From Eubacteriales bacterium (GTDB taxonomy: Bacteria; Bacillota; Clostridia; Oscillospirales; CAG-272): a DNA stretch of 64,000 nucleotides. The stretch spans positions 717-64,716 of the forward strand of contig JAZRTK010000020.1 of assembly GCA_045651985.1 (NCBI GenBank), written 5' to 3'. Positions 39,791 through 50,166 of this stretch are shown piece by piece (positions within the stretch are counted from its first letter, which is position 1; every line of letters begins with the position of its first letter). A model generated the notes under the pieces. That model ran no database searches. It was not told the origin of the DNA and saw only the letters and a list, made by a program, of their open reading frames with translations. The position numbers and the translations under genes were made by a program.

Positions 39791-41741
39791 GAAAATGCAG
39801 ATGCAGGGCGGCAGACCCAAAGCTAAAAAGGGTACGCTTCTCCGACTTATAAAAATGCTTTTTGCGGATTTTAAGGGTCTTCTTATCCTTGAGATAGCAC
39901 TTATCGCCACCTTTGGACTTGTTAGCACCGCGCCCGCAATTTACGTCCGTACTATCGCGGGCTATATTGCAAAGGGACTTGAGCGCGTCAAGGCAGGCGA
40001 GGCGGGCGCAACAGTCTACGCCGATATGTCCCCCGAAATAATTAAGACTATTCTTATAATGGTCTGCGTGTACGTTTTGGCGCTTGCTTGCGTATTTACC
40101 TACCAGCGCTTGGGCGCAATTATTACTCAGCGCTTCCTTTGCAACATGAGAAAGCGTATGTTTGACCGTATGCAGGCTCTGCCCATCAAGTATTTTGACG
40201 CAAACAGCCACGGCGACATCATGAGCCATTACACAAACGATATCGACACTCTCCGTCAGCTCATTTCCCAGTCTTTGCCCAGCATTCTTTCATCGGGGCT
40301 GATACTTGCTTCCCTTATCTGCATCATGCTGTATTACAGTATATGGATGACGATGGTCGTCATGGTGGGTATCTTTTTTATGCTCCTTACCGCCAAGATC
40401 GTGGGTGGAAACAGCGCAAAGTTCTTTATCCGCCAGCAGAAGTCGTTGGGTAAGGTAGAGGGCTTTGTTGAAGAGATGATGAACGGACAGAAGGTGGTTA
40501 AGGTCTTCTGCCACGAGGACAGAGCAACTGAGGATTTTGACAGACTGAACGGTCAGCTTTGCGCCGACGCGACGTCTGCCAACCGCTTTGCCAATATCCT
40601 CATGCCCATCATGGGTAACATCGGAAACATTTTCTACGTTGCGGCGGCGTTCATGGGCGGTCTTTTTCTGACCACATTCAACGTGCCAAACTATTCTATC
40701 CACGCGCTGGTCACGGGAAGCCTGACTCTTGAAATTGCGGTGGTAGTTACCTTCCTTGGCATGACCAAGCAGTTCGGCGCGAACGTTTCCTCGGTCTCTC
40801 AGGAGGTCAACTCTATCGTTATGGCGCTTGCGGGCGCGGACAGGATCTTCACCCTCATTGATGAGGAGCCCGAGACCGACGAGGGCTACGTTGCTTTAGT
40901 GAACGTAAAGGAAGAGAACGGACAGCTTGTGGAGAGCGAAAAGAGAACGGGTATGTGGGCGTGGAAGCATCCCCACACCTCGGACGGCTCGGTCACCTAT
41001 ACGCCTTTGCGCGGTGACGTTCGCCTGTTTGACGTCGACTTCGGCTATACGGACGAGAAGATAGTTCTTCATAACATCACTCTCTACGCCGAACCCGGTC
41101 AGAAGGTGGCGTTCGTAGGAGCTACGGGCGCGGGTAAGACAACTATAACAAATCTTATCAACCGCTTTTACGACATTGCCGACGGAAAGATACGTTACGA
41201 CGGCATAAATATCAACAAAATAAAGAAATCGGACCTTCGCCGCTCTCTGGGCATCGTTTTGCAGGACACAAATCTGTTCACGGGAACGGTCATGGACAAT
41301 ATACGCTACGGCAAGCTTGACGCTACCGACGAGGAGTGTATTTCCGCCGCGAAGTTGGCGAACGCACACGATTTCATTACCCGACTTCCCAAGGGATATA
41401 ACACAATGCTTACGGGTAACGGAGCGAACCTGTCCCAAGGACAGCGCCAGCTTCTCTCTATCGCCCGCGCGGCGGTGGCAGATCCGCCCGTAATGATCTT
41501 GGACGAGGCGACCTCCTCTATCGATACCCGTACCGAGGCGATAGTTCAGCGCGGTATGGACGCTCTTATGAAAGGTCGCACGGTTTTCGTTATTGCACAC
41601 CGACTTTCAACAGTCCGCAACTCTGACGTGATAATGGTACTTGACCACGGCCGCATTATCGAGCGCGGAACTCACGAGGATCTTATTGCCCAGAAGGGGC
41701 AGTATTACAGCCTTTACACAGGCGCATTTGAGCTTGAATAA
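39783..41741 (+). CDS. ABC exporter TMD-NBD, consensus-site subunit
   Basis: GATGAGKT, LSQGQRQ, ILDEATSSID, IAHRL. Confidence 0.95.
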   Translation: MSKKMQMQGGRPKAKKGTLLRLIKMLFADFKGLLILEIALIATFGLVSTAPAIYVRTIAGYIAKGLERVKAGEAGATVYADMSPEIIKTILIMVCVYVLALACVFTYQRLGAIITQRFLCNMRKRMFDRMQALPIKYFDANSHGDIMSHYTNDIDTLRQLISQSLPSILSSGLILASLICIMLYYSIWMTMVVMVGIFFMLLTAKIVGGNSAKFFIRQQKSLGKVEGFVEEMMNGQKVVKVFCHEDRATEDFDRLNGQLCADATSANRFANILMPIMGNIGNIFYVAAAFMGGLFLTTFNVPNYSIHALVTGSLTLEIAVVVTFLGMTKQFGANVSSVSQEVNSIVMALAGADRIFTLIDEEPETDEGYVALVNVKEENGQLVESEKRTGMWAWKHPHTSDGSVTYTPLRGDVRLFDVDFGYTDEKIVLHNITLYAEPGQKVAFVGATGAGKTTITNLINRFYDIADGKIRYDGININKIKKSDLRRSLGIVLQDTNLFTGTVMDNIRYGKLDATDEECISAAKLANAHDFITRLPKGYNTMLTGNGANLSQGQRQLLSIARAAVADPPVMILDEATSSIDTRTEAIVQRGMDALMKGRTVFVIAHRLSTVRNSDVIMVLDHGRIIERGTHEDLIAQKGQYYSLYTGAFELE

Positions 41742-41908
41742 AAACAAGACCCCGACGGCATGCCGTCTGGGTCTGTTTTTATTCATTGGGATTCTGTTGA
41801 GGCTGTTGCGGCGCTTGGCTGGGAGGGAATTCCCGATCGCCGTTGTGACCTTGATTTGCATTGGGGGTGCTATACCCTTGATTGAAATTAGGGGCGTCTC
41901 CTTTCTTT

Positions 41909-42610
41909 TTATGCGCTTTCGCTCTCCTTTTTTACCATAGAGTTTCTCTTTGCAAAAAGGAAGAAGGGAATGAATACAGGGAAAATAATAGAAACCGCAA
42001 GATAAACGGGCGCACAGCCGCCTACGCATGCTTTGTACACGAAATAGAGGGTTATGTAGAAGAATATCGCCACCGCAAGACTCAAAAGCACGATCGCCAC
42101 AATATTTGTGACCAGCGGACCGCCCACGAACGTAAAGATGTCCTCAAGGGAAGTGACTACGTTTTCTGTGGTCATGTCAGTGGTGATCTTTGCCAGACCC
42201 GTTGCGATAGACGTTGTTGCGATGGGCTCAAACACGGCGGAAACACAGGTAAGCGCAAGGAGTATCCAGCCGAAGGGGAACTTACGCTTCTTTTCGCCGT
42301 TACCCTGTGCAACGCGGCCGAGCAGGTAGACGTTTGCCACGGGAATGAACGCGATCCAAGGTGCGGGGATATCAAGGGTCTTTGCCATTCTGAAAAGTCC
42401 CACGGAATAGAAAACGTAAGAGAGAGCTGTCAAAGTCAAGGCGATCAGACCGATGATGCCTGCGATAGCAATAAGCCAGGCGGTTCCTGCGCTTGCCGCT
42501 GCGTTCTTGATGCCGTCGTACTGAGAATAGTCGTAGTTTGCATAGAAGTCAAGGATCTCCTCAAATTCATATCCGGAGAAGCGTTCGTAAATTTCGTAGA
42601 TCTTGTCCAT
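41909..42610 (-). CDS. Hypothetical membrane protein
   Basis: GLFRMAK..PWIAFIPVANVYLLG motif; several TM segments. Confidence 0.8.
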   Translation of the reverse strand: MDKIYEIYERFSGYEFEEILDFYANYDYSQYDGIKNAAASAGTAWLIAIAGIIGLIALTLTALSYVFYSVGLFRMAKTLDIPAPWIAFIPVANVYLLGRVAQGNGEKKRKFPFGWILLALTCVSAVFEPIATTSIATGLAKITTDMTTENVVTSLEDIFTFVGGPLVTNIVAIVLLSLAVAIFFYITLYFVYKACVGGCAPVYLAVSIIFPVFIPFFLFAKRNSMVKKESESA

Positions 42611-42661
42611 AATCGTTCGTCCAAAAAGGACTTTTCCTTTCATTTTCTGCAATTTCAGCAG

Positions 42662-43399
42662 TTATTTTAGTTTTATATCAGCCGTAAGCGGCAGATGGTC
42701 GGAGCATGAAGTGCCGTGGATCTCGGCGCAAGAGACTTCAAAATTGTTTGATACGAATATGTAGTCAATCTTTAGTGTCGGATTGTTGGTAGGGAAGCTG
42801 TGAAGATTTTCACAGGCAAATCCCAGCGAGGTGTCGTGCAGACGGGACTTTATGGGATCGAGCACCGTGTTGTCGGGGGTCATGTTGAAATCTCCCATAA
42901 GTATTACGGGTGTCTGTATTTTTTCAAGCTCGGAGCATATGGTGATGACCGCGTTTACGCGCTCGTCGTCATTCAGCCCCATGTGGCAGGACAGAACGGT
43001 GACGACCCTGCCGCCCGTGTCAAGCTCGGCTTTTAGCAGACACCTGTCCTCGTATCGGTGAATGCTGTAATAACGGTCGCGGGGGGAGGGAACGGGAATA
43101 TCAACCGAACGAACGATGGGGAATTTGGTAAGGAGCGCGTTCCCGTAAAGCCCCTTGTCTTTAATGTTTATTGCGGGGGCAAAATAGCCCGTCATGCCCG
43201 TCAGTAGAGCAAGCTCCTCGGTTTGGTTTATGTACGTGGGGTCGGCGGTGCCGCTGTTTGCGGCTCCGCGGACCTCGTTTAGCGACACGATATCGGGGTC
43301 AAACCGACGTATGACCGACGCAACGAGCCCCAGGTTTATCTTCTTTTCGGGGTGGTAAAATTCAGCGCCGTGCTGAATATTGAATTGCATTACTCTCAT
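42662..43399 (-). CDS. Endonuclease/exonuclease/phosphatase family protein
   Basis: FNIQH, LNEV, GNALL, MGDFN, IDYIF, SDHLP. Confidence 0.93.
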   Translation of the reverse strand: MRVMQFNIQHGAEFYHPEKKINLGLVASVIRRFDPDIVSLNEVRGAANSGTADPTYINQTEELALLTGMTGYFAPAINIKDKGLYGNALLTKFPIVRSVDIPVPSPRDRYYSIHRYEDRCLLKAELDTGGRVVTVLSCHMGLNDDERVNAVITICSELEKIQTPVILMGDFNMTPDNTVLDPIKSRLHDTSLGFACENLHSFPTNNPTLKIDYIFVSNNFEVSCAEIHGTSCSDHLPLTADIKLK

Positions 43400-43405
43400 G
43401 GCCGT

Positions 43406-44848
43406 TTACCCTCTCTTGTAGAGTTGATTTAAACGGCGGTATTTTTTTGTGTCGATTCCATTGAGCTGGTCACGAGTCACACGAAAAGCCCAGTTGCCTT
43501 CCATCTTGCCTGGAGTGTTGAGACGGGTGTCCGAGCCGTAGCCCAAAAGGTCTTGTATCGGGAAGATGACCGTTTTTGCGTGGCTTGCCATGATAGCGCG
43601 GATAATATGTCCGTAGCAGTTGTCCCAGTTTTGGTCGCGGTAGCCCAGATATTCAAGCATTTCGCGGCGCTCGCCCTCGTTTTGTTCCCAGACGTAGCCA
43701 AGAAGCGTATTGTTGTCGTGAGTTCCCGAATATGCGATACAGTTGCTTATATAGTTGTGGGGCAGATGAGGATTGTCGCCCCCAAGGAAAGCGAACTGGA
43801 AGACCCTCATTCCGGGGAATCCGCTGTATTCTACCAGCGCTTCCACTTCGGGTGTGATATCGCCCAGATCCTCCGCGATAATAAAATTCTTTTCGGGGTC
43901 CACGACGCTCTTGACCGCGTCAACGAAAGCGCGTCCGGGGCCTTTTACCCACTTGCCTTCTCTTGCGGTCTCGGCTGTGGCGGGAATGCTCCAGTAGGAC
44001 TCGATACCTCTGAAATGGTCTATTCTCACTCCGTCAAACATGCGGAACATGTGGCGGATACGCTCCTTCCACCATGCAAAGCCGTCCTTCTCCATTTTAC
44101 TCCAATTGTAAATGGGGTTGCCCCAGAGCTGACCGTCCTGAGAAAAATAGTCGGGCGGTACGCCTGCAACCACCGTAGGACGACCGTCCTCGTCAAGCAG
44201 GAACATATCGCGGTTTGCCCACACGTCCGCGCTGTCGTCGGACACGTAGATGGGAATGTCGCCGATAATTGAGATGCCCTTATCGTTTGCGTATTTTTTG
44301 ATCTTTGACCATTGGTCAAAGAAGGTGTACTGAATAAATTTCCAGAGCTGATATACGCCCTCGTCGTATAGGTCGGAGGTCCACTCAAGCCAGCTGTCTT
44401 GATTGTTGGCTTCCTTTAACGCCATGAAACGGCATACTTGTTCAAGATAAGGATTTTCGCCGATAAATCGGTCGATCTCGGCCTTTTTCTCGTCGGAGCA
44501 ACGGTCAGAGGCGGCGCGGAGCAGGGAGACACGCTCAAGACGAAGACGATCAAACTCGCAGCTGTAGGGAGTCTTCTGCTTTGCGGCCTGAAGCTCGGGG
44601 TAGGATAGAAGACCCTCGGCTGCCAGCTCCTCAAGGTCGATAAAATAAGGGTTTCCACCGAAAGAGGAATAGGATTTGTAGGGGGAATTTACCCAGTCTG
44701 TCATGCAGAATGGCAGGGTCTGCCAAAAGGAGAATCCGCATTTTTCAAGGAAATTCACAAATTCCTTTGCCTCTTTTCCGAAGCTTCCGCAGGAATATTC
44801 GCCGGGTAGGGACGAAACGTGCATCAAAACGCCGCTTTTTCTCTTCAT
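43406..44848 (-). CDS. malQ: 4-alpha-glucanotransferase (GH77)
   Basis: GVLMHVSSLP, GVPPDYFS..GQLWGNP, RIDHFRG, AEDLG, GTHDN. Confidence 0.97.
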   Translation of the reverse strand: MKRKSGVLMHVSSLPGEYSCGSFGKEAKEFVNFLEKCGFSFWQTLPFCMTDWVNSPYKSYSSFGGNPYFIDLEELAAEGLLSYPELQAAKQKTPYSCEFDRLRLERVSLLRAASDRCSDEKKAEIDRFIGENPYLEQVCRFMALKEANNQDSWLEWTSDLYDEGVYQLWKFIQYTFFDQWSKIKKYANDKGISIIGDIPIYVSDDSADVWANRDMFLLDEDGRPTVVAGVPPDYFSQDGQLWGNPIYNWSKMEKDGFAWWKERIRHMFRMFDGVRIDHFRGIESYWSIPATAETAREGKWVKGPGRAFVDAVKSVVDPEKNFIIAEDLGDITPEVEALVEYSGFPGMRVFQFAFLGGDNPHLPHNYISNCIAYSGTHDNNTLLGYVWEQNEGERREMLEYLGYRDQNWDNCYGHIIRAIMASHAKTVIFPIQDLLGYGSDTRLNTPGKMEGNWAFRVTRDQLNGIDTKKYRRLNQLYKRG

Positions 44849-45013
44849 TTTGTATCCTTTCGCGCCGGTTGGCATTGTGAATTGGTACTATTTTTTCTAT
44901 TATACCATTTTTTTAATATAAATACAACAAAAATTTCACTTTTTTTAATTTTAGTTATGAAATCTTTCAACAAAGAAATCCCCGCTTTGCCAATAAGCAT
45001 AGCGGGGAGAATT

Positions 45014-45520
45014 TTATTTGTAGCACCTTTTGCAGGCTGTAAAGCCGCGGTCTATGGCTTCGTCCAAGGAAACGTGGAGAGGATCGATCATATTGGAACA
45101 GCTTGATTTTTTGTGATATTTTGTGCCGCCGTTTGTTGGAATCCAAACGTAATTTGTTGTATCGGGTGCCTTGGTGGTGTCGGCAGGCTTTTGGGTTGTT
45201 TCTTCGGGTTTTTTGGTTGTTTCGGTCGGCTTTTTTGTTGTGTCTTCAATCTTCTTCGTTGTATCTTCAGCCTTTTTCGTTGTATCCTCGGGCTTTTCCG
45301 TGGTGTCGGGCTCCGCTACGTCGGCAATGGCTTCTGTATCCGGTTCGACGTAAGGCTCGTCGGTGTCCTCTGTGTCGCCAACCAGCTTGTCGAGAAAATC
45401 TCGGTCAGGTGCGCTTGTATCGGGAATATCGGTCGGGGTGGAACAATTTGCGAGCACAAATAGCAAAATGACGACAAGCAGAATTAAGGAAACTTTGCGG
45501 GTTATGCGGATGCTTTTCAT
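45014..45520 (-). CDS. Putative lipoprotein with T/E/K/P repeat stalk and small Cys/His C-terminal domain
   Basis: LANC lipobox-like; ~6 x (P/A/I)xxTT(K/Q/E)K 7-aa repeats; GTKYH..C...GFTACKRC. Confidence 0.8.
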   Translation of the reverse strand: MKSIRITRKVSLILLVVILLFVLANCSTPTDIPDTSAPDRDFLDKLVGDTEDTDEPYVEPDTEAIADVAEPDTTEKPEDTTKKAEDTTKKIEDTTKKPTETTKKPEETTQKPADTTKAPDTTNYVWIPTNGGTKYHKKSSCSNMIDPLHVSLDEAIDRGFTACKRCYK

Positions 45521-45638
45521 TATATTTTTTCCTTTCAAAATATTTTATTGTTGCACTTGTATCGGTGCACATATATTATACCACTCGGATATAATAAAGT
45601 CAAGATAATGTTCCTAAATAAGTGCAAAAAGGTGAGAT

Positions 45639-45869
45639 ATGAATCCGACGGTCGAAAAGAAAATAGGTCAAAATATTCGACTCCTTCGAGAGAAAGCGGG
45701 GATAACCCAAGACGTGCTTGCCGCAAAGCTTCAGCTTCTCGGGTGTGATATAACCAGAAGCGCCGTGGCAAAGATAGAGGTGGGTCAGCGTCATCTTTAC
45801 CCCGACGAGATAATTTTAGTAAAAGAAATACTCGGCGTAGAGTACGACGATATCTTTTCTCTGAAATAA
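45639..45869 (+). CDS. XRE-family HTH regulator
   Basis: IGQNIRLLRE..TQDVLA..AVAKIEVGQR. Confidence 0.9.
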   Translation: MNPTVEKKIGQNIRLLREKAGITQDVLAAKLQLLGCDITRSAVAKIEVGQRHLYPDEIILVKEILGVEYDDIFSLK

Positions 45870-45898
45870 AAAATGCGTGGTTCTCCACGCATTTTTTG

Positions 45899-46516
45899 TT
45901 ATCTTATAAAGCTGGTTCTGAGCTTTTCGTTCTCGGGACGTTCAATACCTGACTTTCTGCCTGCTTCGATGCATCGAAGCAGCCATGCCATGTTTTTGCC
46001 GATGTTGGTCATGGTCATAAGTCCCTCCTTGTCCTGTTCGACCTCCTCGGGTGTGTTGCCGTGGACGGCGTTCCAGTAGGTGGAGGAGACGACGGGCATT
46101 GAAGTGATCCCGAAATATTTGTTTATTACTTCAACCGATGCGGTAGTTCCCGCGCGGCGGGCGCTGACGACGGAAGCCGCAGGCTTAAAAGCAAAATTGC
46201 GCCCGCAGGAATAGAACGCGCGGTCAAGTACATTTAAAAGCCGTCCGCTGGGGTGGGCGTAATATACGGGCGAGCCGAAAACGAATCCGTCGCACTCAAG
46301 TGCTTTTTCAGCCAAGCGATTTGCCACGTCACCAAAAACGCAGCTGCCTGTTTTGCGGCATGATCCACAACCCGTGCAGTCGGGAACAGGGGCGTTTCCG
46401 ATAAAAAAGAACTCGGTGTCAACGCCCTCGGCGTTCAGTGCCACAGCCACTTCCCGCAAGGCGCGGTCGGTGCAGCCGTGCTCACGGGAGCTTCCGTTTA
46501 CAAGTAATACCTTCAT
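45899..46516 (-). CDS. Flavodoxin-like iron-sulfur flavoprotein / NADPH-dependent FMN reductase
   Basis: NGSSREHGCT, CTGCGSC..C, GSPVYY. Confidence 0.92.
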   Translation of the reverse strand: MKVLLVNGSSREHGCTDRALREVAVALNAEGVDTEFFFIGNAPVPDCTGCGSCRKTGSCVFGDVANRLAEKALECDGFVFGSPVYYAHPSGRLLNVLDRAFYSCGRNFAFKPAASVVSARRAGTTASVEVINKYFGITSMPVVSSTYWNAVHGNTPEEVEQDKEGLMTMTNIGKNMAWLLRCIEAGRKSGIERPENEKLRTSFIR

Positions 46517-46782
46517 TTGTATGTACCTCCGATATCATATTCTGCTCTTATTATATTTGCAAAGATTGATTTTTTCAACACATTCTTGTTTTTTTTTCAA
46601 AAAATTTCTGTAAGCACCTGAAATTGTGCCAAAAACAAAAGAAATCTTTGAATTTTTAAAAAAAATTAAAAAAACCTCTTGCAAAAAAACGGGTTTTGGT
46701 TTACAATATAAACGTAAAATAAAAATTATAATCGGTTACTGCGTTCAGCAGTGCGATAAGGAAAATTTCGGAGGACAAAAAC

Positions 46783-47340
46783 ATGGTAGTAGCCGGCGAT
46801 TTTAAGAACGGTATAACTTTCGACATGGAGGGTCAGGTATTCCAGGTTGTGGAATTCCAGCACGTAAAGCCCGGTAAGGGTGCGGCGTTCGTTCGTACAA
46901 AGATCAAGAACGTTATCACAGGCTCTGTTATCGAAAGAACATTCAGCCCCACAGACAAGTTTGAGAACGCTTACATCGAAAGAAAGGATATGCAGTATTC
47001 TTACGACGATGGCGATCTTTACCACTTCCTTGACACAGAGACATGGGAGGAGACTCTTGTTGCTCACGACAAGGTTGGCGATAACTTCAAGTACGTAAAG
47101 GAAGAGATGATGTGCAAGATCGTTTCCTATAAGGGTAACATCTTCTCCGTTGAGCCTCCTACATTTGTTGAGCTTGAGGTTACAGACACTGACCCCGGTT
47201 TTGCAGGCAACACAGCTACAAATACACTCAAGCCCGCAACGCTCGAGACAGGTGCCGAGATCAAGGTCCCTCTCTTTATCAACGTGGGTGACGTGCTCAA
47301 GATCGATACACGTACAGGCGAGTATCTCTCCAGAGCATAA
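46783..47340 (+). CDS. efp: Elongation factor P
   Basis: [34 protein letters not shown]. Confidence 0.99.
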   Translation: MVVAGDFKNGITFDMEGQVFQVVEFQHVKPGKGAAFVRTKIKNVITGSVIERTFSPTDKFENAYIERKDMQYSYDDGDLYHFLDTETWEETLVAHDKVGDNFKYVKEEMMCKIVSYKGNIFSVEPPTFVELEVTDTDPGFAGNTATNTLKPATLETGAEIKVPLFINVGDVLKIDTRTGEYLSRA

Positions 47341-47426
47341 GATAATTGAATGATAAAACGGGGAAAGGGAATATGCTTTTCCCCGTTTTGATAATACGGT
47401 AATAACCGAGAAAGAAGGTATCTAAT

Positions 47427-47852
47427 ATGAATCTTACGGAAAAGGCATCTTACATCAAGGGTCTGGCAGAGGGTCTTGCGCTTGACGCAAACAAGCCCGA
47501 GGCAAAGATCATCGAGAAAATGCTTGAGCTTATTGAGGACATGAGCCGCGCCATCTCCAACATTGAGGAGGACGTTGAGTATCTGGCTGACTACGTAGAC
47601 GAGCTTGACGACGACCTTGCTATGGTCGAGGACGAGGTCTACGGACTTGAGGACGACGATTTCGAGTGCGACGGCGACTGCTGCAACTGCGACCTTGAGG
47701 ACTGTATGGAGGAGGAAGAGTGCATCGAGATCGTTTGCCCTTCCTGCGGTGAGACTGTTTGCTTTGATCCCGACATCGACCCCGACAACTTCATCTGCCC
47801 TGCTTGTCAGGAAAAGATCGAGGTTGACTTCGTTGAGGACGACGAGGAATAA
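47427..47852 (+). CDS. CD1247-like acidic protein with zinc-ribbon C-terminus
   Basis: ASYIKGLAEGL N-terminus; CPSCG..CPAC; typical efp neighbour in Clostridia. Confidence 0.85.
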   Translation: MNLTEKASYIKGLAEGLALDANKPEAKIIEKMLELIEDMSRAISNIEEDVEYLADYVDELDDDLAMVEDEVYGLEDDDFECDGDCCNCDLEDCMEEEECIEIVCPSCGETVCFDPDIDPDNFICPACQEKIEVDFVEDDEE

Positions 47853-47923
47853 CCGATCCCTTTGAAAAGGGTGACGGCCCCCCAAGCTAAAAAGAAAAAA
47901 CGACGGCTGAACGCCGTCGTTTT

Positions 47924-48496
47924 TTATCCCAAATCAAACTCTCGCATAATACAATCACGTATCATTGAGTAGGTCTCGGGGGTCTTTTTAAGCTGACCGC
48001 AGTCAAGAAGGAACGCTGCGCCGTAAATGAGTGAGCGGATAATAAACACTTTTCTTTGCCTGTCTGCCTCCGACATTTTTACCGCCTCGCAGTATTTGTA
48101 TATGTAATCCATGGTGCGGTCGCTGACCGACGCTTTTTCTTTTATGTGATCCTCGTTTTCGTCCTTCATGAGGATTATTGAGCGGAAATTGGGGTGGTCG
48201 ACCAGAAAATCAATGTACCCTACGCTGATCTCGGTGAGAATCTCACGGGGGGTGGCGTCTTTCCCGCACTTATTGATTATGTCCTGCTGAATATCCGACC
48301 AGCAACGGTTTATGTAGCGGATTATTGCCAAAACAAACTCGTCGCGGTTTTTGTAGTGCTTGTACGGCGCGGCGCATGAGATCCCGCACTGGGCGGCGAT
48401 CCGCCGCATAGACAGATTTTGCAGTCCGTTCTTTTCTATTTCCCGTATTCCCGCAAGCAGAAGAAGCTCGCCCGTTTCTTTTTCGTTTTTTGCCAT
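47924..48496 (-). CDS. TetR/AcrR family regulator
   Basis: GLQNLSMRRIAAQCGISCAAPYKHY. Confidence 0.92.
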   Translation of the reverse strand: MAKNEKETGELLLLAGIREIEKNGLQNLSMRRIAAQCGISCAAPYKHYKNRDEFVLAIIRYINRCWSDIQQDIINKCGKDATPREILTEISVGYIDFLVDHPNFRSIILMKDENEDHIKEKASVSDRTMDYIYKYCEAVKMSEADRQRKVFIIRSLIYGAAFLLDCGQLKKTPETYSMIRDCIMREFDLG

Positions 48497-48509
48497 CTTT
48501 TCTCCTTTG

Positions 48510-48526
48510 GGTTATCGTTGATAACC
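48510..48526. promoter_or_regulatory. Palindromic operator, probable TetR autoregulatory site
   Basis: GGTTATC-GTT-GATAACC next to the tetR RBS. Confidence 0.6.
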
Positions 48527-48651
48527 GATGTGAAAATTATATCATATTTTTGCCGTGAAGTCAAGTGAGCACTTGACAAGAGAGCAGGGTTGTTGTATAA
48601 TTACAATGTATAAATATTTTCGGACGTAAGCCCCGATGAAAGGAACCAAAA

Positions 48652-50091
48652 ATGGCAAACGAGAAAAAGACAGTTGAGCAAATTACCAACCGCGACGTAG
48701 ACTTTGCTCAGTGGTACACAGATATTTGCAAAAAAGCAGACCTGATCGACTATTCAAGCGTCAAGGGCTGTATGATAATCCGTCCCTACGGATACGCGAT
48801 CTGGGAGAATATTCAGAAGAACCTTGATGACCGCTTCAAGGCTCTGGGACACGAGAACGTGTATATGCCTATGTTTATCCCCGAATCTCTTCTCAACAAG
48901 GAGAAGGACCACGTCCAGGGATTTGCCCCCGAGGTCGCGTGGGTAACGCACGGCGGCGAGGAGAAGCTGACCGAGCGTCTTTGCGTTCGTCCCACCTCAG
49001 AGACACTTTTCTGCGAGCATTTCGCGAACATTATCCGCTCCTACCGCGACCTGCCCAAGCTTTATAACCAATGGTGCTCGGTGGTAAGATGGGAAAAGAC
49101 CACCCGTCCTTTCCTGCGCAGCCGCGAGTTCTTGTGGCAGGAGGGTCACACAATGCACGAGACGGCGGAGGAGGCAAGAGCAGAAACGGTCCAGATGCTC
49201 AACGTCTATGCCGACTTCCACGAAAACGATCTTGCTATTCCTGTGATCAAGGGCTGCAAGACACCCTCCGATAAGTTTGCGGGAGCTGAGGACACATACG
49301 CTATCGAAGCTCTGATGCACGACGGTAAGTCTCTGCAGGCGGCGACCTCCCATTTCTTTGGCGACGGTTTTGCCCGCGCGTTTGATATTACCTACGCTTC
49401 AAAGGACAATACCTTAAAATATCCTTTCCAGACCTCCTGGGGCTGTACCACCCGTATGATCGGCGGTATCATCATGACCCACGGCGACGATAACGGTCTG
49501 GTGCTTCCTCCCTCCGTTGCGCCCATTCAGGTCGTAATTATTCCCGTTGCGGCTCACAAGGAAGGCGTGATCGAAGCGGCAACAGAGCTTTACAATAAGC
49601 TCAAGGACAGATTCAGAGTTAAGCTCGACGACAGCGACCAGTCTCCCGGCTGGAAATACGCCGAGTACGAGATGAAGGGCGTTCCCGTACGTATTGAGAT
49701 CGGTCCTCGTGACATCGAGGCGGGTCAGTGCGTTTGCGTGACAAGGCATAACCTTGAAAAGACAGTCGTCGCGCTTGACGGAATCGAGGATTCCGTTGCG
49801 TCAAAGCTGCAGGAGGTTCGCGACGGAATGTACTCAAAGGCTCTTGAAAACAGAGAAAAGAGAACGTATGCTTGCCGTACTCTTGACGAGATCAACGAGG
49901 CGCTGGAGAAGAACGGCGACGGATTCGTCAAAGCTATGTGGTGCGGCGACGAGGAGTGCGAGGACAACGTAAAGGCAAAGACAGGCATCGGCTCTCGCTG
50001 TATTCCTCTTGAACAGGAGTCCATTGGAGACGTCTGCGTATGCTGCGGCAAGCCTGCAAAGCATATGGTGGTCTGGGCAAGAGCATACTGA
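48652..50091 (+). CDS. proS: Proline--tRNA ligase (archaeal/eukaryote-like type)
   Basis: [23 protein letters not shown]-terminal zinc domain ending ARAY. Confidence 0.97.
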   Translation: MANEKKTVEQITNRDVDFAQWYTDICKKADLIDYSSVKGCMIIRPYGYAIWENIQKNLDDRFKALGHENVYMPMFIPESLLNKEKDHVQGFAPEVAWVTHGGEEKLTERLCVRPTSETLFCEHFANIIRSYRDLPKLYNQWCSVVRWEKTTRPFLRSREFLWQEGHTMHETAEEARAETVQMLNVYADFHENDLAIPVIKGCKTPSDKFAGAEDTYAIEALMHDGKSLQAATSHFFGDGFARAFDITYASKDNTLKYPFQTSWGCTTRMIGGIIMTHGDDNGLVLPPSVAPIQVVIIPVAAHKEGVIEAATELYNKLKDRFRVKLDDSDQSPGWKYAEYEMKGVPVRIEIGPRDIEAGQCVCVTRHNLEKTVVALDGIEDSVASKLQEVRDGMYSKALENREKRTYACRTLDEINEALEKNGDGFVKAMWCGDEECEDNVKAKTGIGSRCIPLEQESIGDVCVCCGKPAKHMVVWARAY

Positions 50092-50166
50092 TAAGATACT
50101 GAAAATGGCTGTCGGGCGAGATCCCCGACAGCCATTTGCAAATTTTTTCGGATAGGGGGTGACCGT

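Noticed and set aside
45150-45310. Regular repeats as a possible CRISPR array
   Set aside because: Degenerate in-frame 21-bp coding repeats with no unique spacers and no cas genes.
48570-48651. T-box upstream of proS
   Set aside because: The leader is only ~45 nt after TTGACA-N17-TATAAT and has no T-box motif.
31581-50091. Proline theme (tRNA-Pro, PPIase, efp, proS)
   Set aside because: The genes are in separate transcription units spread over ~18 kb; probably coincidental.
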